From positions 1,024,001 through 1,088,000 of the forward strand of contig OZ253553.1 in NCBI GenBank assembly GCA_965262715.1: a stretch of 64,000 nucleotides of DNA. Direction: 5' to 3'. The notes beneath the pieces were generated by a model. That model worked only from the letters and a program-made list of their open reading frames with translations, ran no database searches and was not told the origin of the DNA. Origin of the DNA: Bdellovibrionales bacterium (GTDB taxonomy: Bacteria; Bdellovibrionota; Bdellovibrionia; Bdellovibrionales; JAUICD01). This document shows positions 56,043-64,000 of the stretch, in pieces. Numbering within the stretch: the stretch's first letter is position 1; each line of letters opens with the position of its first letter. The translations under genes were made by a program, and so were the position numbers.

Positions 56043-57359
56043 TGAGGTGTACCCTTTATTTGGAGGATCCGTTCCATAATTTACTCACTGCTGAGATTCC
56101 CATTGTTGTTAATTCTCCTGTTTTCCATTTAGCTTCAAATTCATTAGGTGATAAGTAACCTAATGAAGAATGTCGCCTTTTTTTATTATACATACCTTCG
56201 ATAAACTTTGGAATACTTCTTAACACATCTTCAAAAGTTTTATATTCACACAGATGAACCTCTTCTCGTTTTAAAGAGCTAAAGAAAGATTCAACAAATG
56301 CATTATCCCAACAATTGGCTTTTCTCGACATACTGATCTTAAAGCCTTTTTCTTTAAGCTTGTAGGTATAATCTTTACTGGTGTATTGAACACCTTGATC
56401 ACTATGATGAATACATCCTTTAGTATCTGATCTCTGATCTAAACTCATCTCTAAAGCTCCTAAACAAAGATCTGTGTTGATCTCTCTAGAAATAGCCCAC
56501 CCTACAATCTTCCTTGAAAAAATATCTAAAATCACTGCTAAAAAAACAAAACCATCTTGAATCCTAATGTATGTGATATCTGTTACCCAAAGCTGGTTGG
56601 GTCTATTCACTTCAATGCCAAAAGTTAAATTCGGATAAACTCGATTTGAATGTTTAGAATCCGTGGTTGAAACCTTAAAACCTTTGTAAATCAAAGCCTT
56701 TAAACCGTATTTCCGCATAATGCGAGCAATCCTCTTGTGGTTGGCTTTAATACTCTTCTCTTGCTCAAGTTCCAATTGAATACGACGTATTCCATACATC
56801 GGGTATTTACACTGTATCCTCTCAATCTGCTCTTTCAAATCAAAATCCCTTTGCTCTCGCTCTTGCTGTGAAATCTTTCTCTTGTAATAGTAGCTACTTA
56901 AAGGTAACCCTAACGCTTTACACGTTTTTGAAATTGATCCAAATTCTTTCCAGTGATTACCGACGATCCTACGCTTTTCCTCTGTTGAAGCTCCTTTTTG
57001 GCTTTTTTTAAAAACTCGTTTTCTAAGCTGAGCTGTCCTACCTTTGCCTGAAGAGCATATATTTGTCTCTCTAGAGATCTCTCCCTTGATGAAGGGTTTC
57101 CCAAAGGTGTCCCTTGTTGATACTTCTTAAACCACTCTAAGACTGTTTGGCGATGAAGTTGATGCTCCCGGCAAATCTCTAACAAAGATCTGCCTTCATG
57201 CATCGATTTACAAATAGCTTCCTTAAATTCAACATTAAATCGTCTTCTTACTTTGCCCATGATCTTCCTCCTGATCTTATAGCTTTTTATAGCTAAAATT
57301 CAGGAATCTCAAGTGAGTTACTTTATCACTTAACTCTCCAGTTTATGGGGTACAGACCA
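56043..57359 (-). mobile_element. IS3-family insertion sequence, copy 2 (1317 bp)
   Basis: Same IRs as copy 1, OrfA 56910-57260, OrfB 56056-56838; no matching TSD. Confidence 0.95.
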
Positions 57360-57434
57360 CTTTTAATGAATTTTGTTAAAAATTATAATAAAATTTGTGG
57401 AATGTTGAGTCGGAGTATTCTTGAGATAGAGATT

Positions 57435-59960
57435 TTAAAGAGAAATTTTTTGTAATAAACGGATTAATATATTTTTTTGTTGATTCTTTTCTTTTTCAAC
57501 CAAATCATTTTCAATAACTACACAAGACTTTGCGATTTTATCTTGATTTAAAGATTCAAGTTCTTGAAGATTGTATTCTTTAATTTTCTGATGGGTTGCA
57601 AATAAAAATCCATACCTATGAATAGTAGATAAGGCAAAACGTTTATGATGAAAGTTCCATTTATAAAAATGGCACTTTAAAATAAGTTGATTAGAAGGTG
57701 AAAGTAATGGCATGTAAACAAAATCAGAATTTTCAAATGTTTTATTAAAACGATGAATAGTTTCACTAGAAAAAGTAAATCCTATATGAAACCAATGATA
57801 AGAACCTTTTATTGGTTTAAGATTAAGTAAAATAGGTAATGGATTAATAAAATCCAATAATAAACCTTTATCAATCTTATCTAATTTATTGCGAAATACA
57901 AGAAGAGCATCATTTAAATAATCTATATAATACACATTGTTTCTATACATTTTGTAATTGAGATCTTTATCATTATAAACAATACCTTCAAAGAGACCTT
58001 TATACTTATTAGAATGTACTCTTAACTCATTAAGAATTTGATCCATACTTTCTTTGTTTTCTATAATAAATGGATAGTTCCTATCTCTCACTTTGATACT
58101 ATGAATTTTATATTTTTGATGTTTAGGTTGATCAGTCATTAATTGATCCTCTTTATAAAATTTAAAAATAGCCATTTTTGCTAAAGAAGAAATATTAATA
58201 GTAAATAATATTGCTAAAATTAAATAACAAACTCTTTTTATATTTATCATATTTGTATTTATTATTAAATAAAAAAGAAAAACAATTAGAAAATATAATA
58301 AAGGTTTTTCAGCATCTCCTATTATACAAATTAATATTGACAGCCCTATACAAAAATCAAATAATAACTGTCTTATTAGTAAAAAGTTGTTATTTGTTAA
58401 AAATGACTTTAATTGATGAAAATAGTAGGAGAGGTTTGAAAGTTTTACTTTATTTGCTAATTTGTTTAAAAGTGGTTTGGGCTCCTCAATATAATGTTTG
58501 AAAAAATCTAAAAGCCTTGTCTTGTTTAGTGACTTTTTTAAAAATAATAAAATAAAAACTCTCACTAGAAAAAATATAAATGGATAGGCAAAAATATAAT
58601 TTAAGCCAAAGTAAGCATTTGCTAAAAAAGATGTATTAATAACAAATAATACTGTTAAAATCCAATAAAACCCTTTCTCAAAATTTATATTTTTAATATT
58701 TATTATTAAGTATAAAAAAATAGCTATCAGAAAATATAATAAAGACTTCTCCTTATCATTTACCATGCCAATTGATAAAGAAACTCCTACACACAAATCA
58801 AATAAAAACCATTTAGTAAGTATTGACTTATTCTCTGCTAAAAATATTTTTGATTTATAAAAATAATATTTTAAAAATTCTATTGGATTTTTTTCTTTAG
58901 GTATCTTTTTAAGCAATTCAGTACATACTCTCATTAAAAAACATACAAATAGATAGATAAAAAAGTAATTTAACTCAAGATAAACCTCTTTTTTGGATAA
59001 GATAACATGATAAATATCTTGTAGATATCCTATGTATGAATATTGACTTAAAATAAATGTAGAGAGTGTTAAAAACAAAAATAACGAAATTGAAAAGACT
59101 ATATATTTAAACCACAATTTAAAAGGTAAAATAAGAAATATTGAAAAAATCAATAAAGACGATGCGATAAAAAAATTGAGCTTATAGTTTAAAAGAATAT
59201 AAGCACAAATAACTTGTATAATTAAAAAAAATATAAACCTATTTTTTTCAATCTGTACAACATTATCAATATTTTTTACAAAAAATTTTCTCCAACAAAA
59301 TAAATGGACAATTTGTAAAAGGAATAACCCCCACAAATGTTTGTTATAACTGCCATTCCACCAATATCGTGCTTCGATATTGAACATATCGGACATTATC
59401 TTTACCTGAAAGATGATAGACAAAATAATAAGCAATAAGGCTATAGGTACAGCTTTTACTATATTGAATCTCATCAAATAAAATAAACCAATAATAATCA
59501 ATGAAAAAAGAATAGATGAAAGCATGGTCATATCAAGAAGGTGAAAAGTATCTGGAAAAGACTCCATAATAAGCAGCGAAGTATAATTAAGGCCACCATA
59601 GACAAAACCAAAAGGCGTGTGAAAATCTTGATGTAATCTCAAACCATGCTTTATAACATAAGCACTTAATTGGGGTATCCATGTATCTGGTAGAAATCCT
59701 ATCAATAAATAATGTTCACCTAAAAAAATAATTGATAATATGATAGAAAATAAAAGAATAAAACCAAAATAAATAGCTATTTGATTTGTTTTTGGAGAAG
59801 TTAAGAAATCTTTTAAAAAAATTGAGATCTTTTTAACAATAGAAAATTTGTTAAAGAGATAAATATAAAATAACAATATAAAAAGACTAAAAATAATTTT
59901 GTGCTCAATAATTATTGAGCCTAAAAAAATAAATAGCGATTGAAACATATCTACTTCCAA
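57435..59960 (-). CDS. large polytopic membrane protein, possibly GT-C-like, with internal duplication
   Basis: Many TM segments, PDTW...HQDFHTPFG loop after the N-terminal TMs, soluble C-terminal domain. Confidence 0.6.
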   Translation of the reverse strand: MEVDMFQSLFIFLGSIIIEHKIIFSLFILLFYIYLFNKFSIVKKISIFLKDFLTSPKTNQIAIYFGFILLFSIILSIIFLGEHYLLIGFLPDTWIPQLSAYVIKHGLRLHQDFHTPFGFVYGGLNYTSLLIMESFPDTFHLLDMTMLSSILFSLIIIGLFYLMRFNIVKAVPIALLLIILSIIFQVKIMSDMFNIEARYWWNGSYNKHLWGLFLLQIVHLFCWRKFFVKNIDNVVQIEKNRFIFFLIIQVICAYILLNYKLNFFIASSLLIFSIFLILPFKLWFKYIVFSISLFLFLTLSTFILSQYSYIGYLQDIYHVILSKKEVYLELNYFFIYLFVCFLMRVCTELLKKIPKEKNPIEFLKYYFYKSKIFLAENKSILTKWFLFDLCVGVSLSIGMVNDKEKSLLYFLIAIFLYLIINIKNINFEKGFYWILTVLFVINTSFLANAYFGLNYIFAYPFIFFLVRVFILLFLKKSLNKTRLLDFFKHYIEEPKPLLNKLANKVKLSNLSYYFHQLKSFLTNNNFLLIRQLLFDFCIGLSILICIIGDAEKPLLYFLIVFLFYLIINTNMINIKRVCYLILAILFTINISSLAKMAIFKFYKEDQLMTDQPKHQKYKIHSIKVRDRNYPFIIENKESMDQILNELRVHSNKYKGLFEGIVYNDKDLNYKMYRNNVYYIDYLNDALLVFRNKLDKIDKGLLLDFINPLPILLNLKPIKGSYHWFHIGFTFSSETIHRFNKTFENSDFVYMPLLSPSNQLILKCHFYKWNFHHKRFALSTIHRYGFLFATHQKIKEYNLQELESLNQDKIAKSCVVIENDLVEKEKNQQKNILIRLLQKISL

Positions 59961-60082
59961 AACACAGTCTTTATATCGTTTTTGAAATAATTTCTTAAAT
60001 ACTTAAGTGGGTATACTCTTTATCTAACTATAAAAAAGAGTCAAAATCTATGTAATGTTTAGAAAATAGAAAGCAAGACTTT

Positions 60083-60772
60083 TTGATAGGCAAATTTGAT
60101 AAGGAGGAATTTCTCATTTTTCAAGATATAGATTTAACTGATATTAAAGGTGTACTGGTTGATATTGATAATACGCTTTATGATTATAAACCAGCATATA
60201 AAAAAGCCTTAGAAAAGTGTTATGAATTTTTTATAAGGGAATTTCAAATCTCTTTTTCTTTTAAAGAGTTTTCTGAAGAATACACAGAGAAAAGAAGAGA
60301 AGTGACAGAGAGATTAAAACCACAAGGGGCATGTCGGTCAAGGTTTTTTGCATTTCAAAGTTTATTTGAAGATATAAATATCCCTCAAGCTTTTAATAAA
60401 GCCTTAGAATATGAGAAGCTTTACTGGGAAAGCTTTATGAAACATATAGCACTTTTTGAAGATGCCTTATATTTTTTAAAAAAATGCAAAGAAAAAACCT
60501 TATTGGTTTGTGCCATCAGTGATATGCAAGCTTATTTTCAGGTAAGAAAACTACAAATATTAGAAGTCGATCATTTAATTGACTATTTAGTAACATCTGA
60601 AGAGGTGGGATGTGAAAAGCCTGCACCAGTGATTTTTGAAACAGCTTTAAAAAAAATGAATCTAAAGGCATCTCAAGTTATTATGATTGGTGATGATGAA
60701 AAAAAAGACATTCAAGGAGCTAAATCAGTTGGTATAAAATACACATACTGCCTTTCAAGTGACCCAACTTGA
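60083..60772 (+). CDS. HAD-superfamily hydrolase
   Basis: DIDNTLY, SD, EKPAP.IF, MIGDD..KDI.GA. Confidence 0.9.
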   Translation: MIGKFDKEEFLIFQDIDLTDIKGVLVDIDNTLYDYKPAYKKALEKCYEFFIREFQISFSFKEFSEEYTEKRREVTERLKPQGACRSRFFAFQSLFEDINIPQAFNKALEYEKLYWESFMKHIALFEDALYFLKKCKEKTLLVCAISDMQAYFQVRKLQILEVDHLIDYLVTSEEVGCEKPAPVIFETALKKMNLKASQVIMIGDDEKKDIQGAKSVGIKYTYCLSSDPT

Positions 60773-60817
60773 CAAGACTACTTATTATAATTTTTGTAGC
60801 AAACACCTTACAAATTT

Positions 60818-61534
60818 TTAACACTCTGATACAATATAAACAACACCACCCATACCATAAGTAAAAATTTGTCTAACTTTGTAGGGGCCTTGACCTTTTC
60901 CTTCAGAGATAAATTCATTAAAAGCACGTCGTACACCTCTATCTTCGCGCCCTTTGTAAGAAAAATAATCATCAAGCACAATAAATGTACCTGTCTGTAT
61001 TATTGATCTACAAAATGAGAGAGCTTGACTTGCACTTATAAAAGTATCGCTATCAATAAAAATGATTCTAGCTTTTTCAACTTGCATCTTTTGTGGCCCA
61101 TCTTTTAAAGATTCATTGAAAAATCCAGGAACCAATTGAAATACCACATTACCAGCTACTCGCTTAACTCTTTGTTTTACTTTTGATAAACTTGCTGGAA
61201 AGTGATCGTCTTTATAGAAAGGATGTTTATCCTCTTCCTCAAGCATACCAAAGCCGGCAAAAGAATCAAAGCCATAAAATTTTGTATTTGATATATTGGG
61301 ATTGAACTTAATAAGTTGCTTAAAACAACGGATAGAGTGACAAAAGGAACTACCTGTAAAAACTCCAAACTCAAGATAATCTCCCTGAATATCTTCTATT
61401 GTAGAAAGATAATGCACTTTCTTGAGAGCATAATACTTTTCTAAATTGTGTATAATAGCAGGGTTTAACCATGCAATGAAGGCAGAGGCCCAATTTTGTA
61501 AAAATTCTAATTTTGTTAGAAATCCAAAGCTCAC
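60818..61534 (-). CDS. TylF/MycF-family O-methyltransferase
   Basis: GDYLEFGVFTGSS, GFDSFAG, GFFNESL, IDSD, LDDY. Confidence 0.85.
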   Translation of the reverse strand: MSFGFLTKLEFLQNWASAFIAWLNPAIIHNLEKYYALKKVHYLSTIEDIQGDYLEFGVFTGSSFCHSIRCFKQLIKFNPNISNTKFYGFDSFAGFGMLEEEDKHPFYKDDHFPASLSKVKQRVKRVAGNVVFQLVPGFFNESLKDGPQKMQVEKARIIFIDSDTFISASQALSFCRSIIQTGTFIVLDDYFSYKGREDRGVRRAFNEFISEGKGQGPYKVRQIFTYGMGGVVYIVSEC

Positions 61535-61717
61535 TATTAACTACCTTTTTTGACAAATTTTTATATATCAAGACCTCATAACCAATAATATATAATCAAG
61601 ATTATCACTTGAATATTTATTTTGCTATTTAAAATAAAACTCTGTTTGAATTTTAACGAGTAAGAACTTGAGAGTTCATTTAATTTTATATAAAAAAGAT
61701 ATCAAGAGATTTTTATC

Positions 61718-61858
61718 CTAAACTATTGGTATTTAGAAAAGCATCACAAAAATGAGTTTAGAGGCATCTCAAATCATTGTGGTGATTAATAATGAAGAAA
61801 AAGATATTAAAAGAGTTAAATCAGTTGGCACAAAGTACTTACACTACCTTTTATAAGT
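61718..61858 (+). pseudogene. decayed duplicate of the HAD gene 3-prime end
   Basis: AAAATGAGTTTAGAGGCATCTCAAATC...AAAGATATTAAAAGAGTTAAATCAGTTGG aligns with ~60620-60760. Confidence 0.65.
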
Positions 61859-61962
61859 TTGATTTTTGCTAAACTTTTGGCTGGCAAGTAACTTATTCTA
61901 TCTCTGTTTTTAGCATGTTAGCTTTTTTATTTTTTAATCAATAGTTGGTTTATACATAGAAT

Positions 61963-62793
61963 ATGTTAAGTTTGAAGTTAGAGGGGATTAGAAAGATGTT
62001 TTTACCAAAGAGCTATACTCCACTACCTCAAGAAACTCTTATAAGAGTTGAAGGAGGCGTAAGACAAGCAAGACAGTTATTTCTCAAAAATAGGCCTAAT
62101 AATTTGAGTTTTCTTTTAAAAACTCGTTATCAATGGATGAAGCCTTATCTTGCTGGCAATCATATTTTTGAATTAGGGTCTGGAGCAGGTTTTAGTAAAA
62201 TTATTTTAGATGATTCTAGAATTACTTTAACAGATGTTGAAGAATATGAATGGATTGACCAAAAAATAGATGCTTTAACCCTTCCATTTGAGCCTAATAG
62301 TGTTGATGTATTTATCTGCTCTCACATGATACATCATGTGGCTTATCCTGTCACATTCCTAAAAAATTTAGCAAAATCTCTTAAACCCAATGGAGTCATT
62401 TTAATTAGTGAGGTGAACACATCTTTTATTTTTAAAATCCTTTTAAGGATTATGAAACATGAGGGATGGAATTACAATATTGATGTTTTTGATACAAGCC
62501 GTCCAACTAATAATCCTGATGACCCTTGGTCTGCAAATTGCGCAATTCCTGAGCTCTTATGGAGTGATGAAAATAATTTTGAGAACGAGATTAAAGAGCT
62601 TAAAATTGAAAAAAATGAGTTATGTGAATTTATGATTTTTCCTTTGTCTGGAGGAGTTACCGGTAAGATGAAAACTATAAACCTTCCAATAAGTGTGCTA
62701 AAAGTTTTACATAATATAGATAATATTCTTATCAAGTTTTTTCCTAAAATATTTGCTTTAGGGAGAAGAGTTGTGCTTAGGAAAGTGTTATAA
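61963..62793 (+). CDS. class I SAM-dependent methyltransferase
   Basis: ELGSGAG, TD, DALTLPF..NSVD, HH, LKPNG. Confidence 0.88.
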   Translation: MLSLKLEGIRKMFLPKSYTPLPQETLIRVEGGVRQARQLFLKNRPNNLSFLLKTRYQWMKPYLAGNHIFELGSGAGFSKIILDDSRITLTDVEEYEWIDQKIDALTLPFEPNSVDVFICSHMIHHVAYPVTFLKNLAKSLKPNGVILISEVNTSFIFKILLRIMKHEGWNYNIDVFDTSRPTNNPDDPWSANCAIPELLWSDENNFENEIKELKIEKNELCEFMIFPLSGGVTGKMKTINLPISVLKVLHNIDNILIKFFPKIFALGRRVVLRKVL

Positions 62794-62796
62794 ATA

Positions 62797-64000
62797 ATGA
62801 ACTTTGAAAAGGTAAAATCATATCATATTTTGTTTTTTGCAATACTCTTTGTAAAAATAGTGCTCGGATCAGTTTTGGCTTCAAAAGTCTTAACTGATCT
62901 TTTTATCCCCTTCCTTGATTACTTTGTAGAAACTTTCTCTAACCCCTATGATAAATTCCTCAATATAGGCCCAAAAGATCATTTTCCATATCCAACACTC
63001 ATGCTCTATATTATGTCCCTTCCTAAAATACTGTTTGGATGGATAGCACCAGAAAATCCTTTTTTTAAATTATTCCTCTATCGCCTTCCTCTGCTGATGG
63101 CTGATATTGCTATTTTTTTAATTCTTAAAGAATGGCTCAAAGGGCAACTGACATCAAGGCTTATATGGCTCTACTGGTTATCACCAGTTCTTATTTATAT
63201 TAGCTATATTCATGGTCAGTTAGATGTGATCCCTATCGCCCTACTTTTTATGAGTTTGTACTTTTTGTTTAAAGATAGAATTCCAAGTTTTAAAAAAATA
63301 AATCTATCAGCCCTCTTATTAGGATTTTCCTTAGCTACAAAAACACATATTGCTCTCGTCTATCCTTTCTTCTTCCTGTTCCTTATATCTAAAGGAGTAC
63401 CTTTAAAACATTTGATTGTCTTTGCAGCTGTATCTTTCGGTACGTTTTTTATAGTGAATGCTCCTTATATTTTTGATCCCTCTTTTATTGAAATGGTTTT
63501 TCAAAATAGAGGGCAAGAAAAACTCTTTAATGCAATCTTCCAATTAGATGGTCTGCCCATTTATATCATCCCCTGTTTAATGCTTCTTTTGTTTATAAGA
63601 GGGATATGGATTAAAAGCTATAATCGAGATATCTTTATGATGTTTCTTGGCTTTAACTTTAGTCTTGTTCTACTATTTATCCCACCTATGCCCGGATGGT
63701 ATTTTTGGCTGATACCCTTTTTAGCCTATTTTTATATTAGAGCTGAAAATGAAGCCTCACATCTACTCTTTTTTGGACTACAAGGATTCTATATCCTCTA
63801 TTTTATGGTTTCAAAAAATGCTGACTATTTAGAAGTTTTTCAGCTTATATCACCAGAAATCATGACAGAACCAACATTTTATACTCTTCTCTCAAATGTA
63901 GGCATTAATTCCAATGCAGTTGTAGGAGTAGTCTTCACAGGCCTACAAACGATACTCTTAATCAACTGTGTTTTTATTTATAGAAAAGGTTTAGATAGTT
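62797..64000 (+). CDS. GT-C-like (GT87/PIG-M-like) membrane glycosyltransferase, partial
   Basis: Manual translation: MNFEKVK...NPY...FPYP...RLPLLMADI...YWLSPVLIYISYIHGQLDVIP...ATK; runs off window. Confidence 0.65.
   Translation, partial: MNFEKVKSYHILFFAILFVKIVLGSVLASKVLTDLFIPFLDYFVETFSNPYDKFLNIGPKDHFPYPTLMLYIMSLPKILFGWIAPENPFFKLFLYRLPLLMADIAIFLILKEWLKGQLTSRLIWLYWLSPVLIYISYIHGQLDVIPIALLFMSLYFLFKDRIPSFKKINLSALLLGFSLATKTHIALVYPFFFLFLISKGVPLKHLIVFAAVSFGTFFIVNAPYIFDPSFIEMVFQNRGQEKLFNAIFQLDGLPIYIIPCLMLLLFIRGIWIKSYNRDIFMMFLGFNFSLVLLFIPPMPGWYFWLIPFLAYFYIRAENEASHLLFFGLQGFYILYFMVSKNADYLEVFQLISPEIMTEPTFYTLLSNVGINSNAVVGVVFTGLQTILLINCVFIYRKGLDS

Overview
AT-rich bacterial chromosome segment. Its 16S rRNA has Bdellovibrio-like signature stretches (my recollection, not a database result), suggesting a divergent, possibly host-associated Bdellovibrionota lineage. 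The housekeeping backbone is pepP (partial), tatD, a YyaL-type thioredoxin-domain protein, holB-tmk, uppP, nfeD plus two SPFH genes, dppDF, pcnB, a 16S-tRNA-Ile-23S operon with no linked 5S, yceD-rpmF-fabH (no plsX), rph, three tandem dppA paralogs, rsmH-ftsL-ftsI (no mraZ or murE) and tRNA-Cys. Three accessory layers interrupt it. (i) Insertion sequences: two IS1634-family (one with an 84-bp target duplication), two IS3, IS256, a decayed IS30, an IS903-like remnant, MITEs and solo ends. (ii) Toxin-antitoxin modules at 22.4-28.2 kb and 48 kb, where four of five toxins are broken and most antitoxins are intact. (iii) A >20-kb island after tRNA-Cys encoding several GT-C-like membrane proteins (two enlarged by internal duplication), a NoeA-like kinase-methyltransferase, sulfatase-like remnants, TylF, HAD and SAM-methyltransferase genes. 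This island is the best candidate for an undescribed surface-glycan decoration system. A dispersed degenerate octamer repeat family is also present. No CRISPR array, integrase or prophage was seen.
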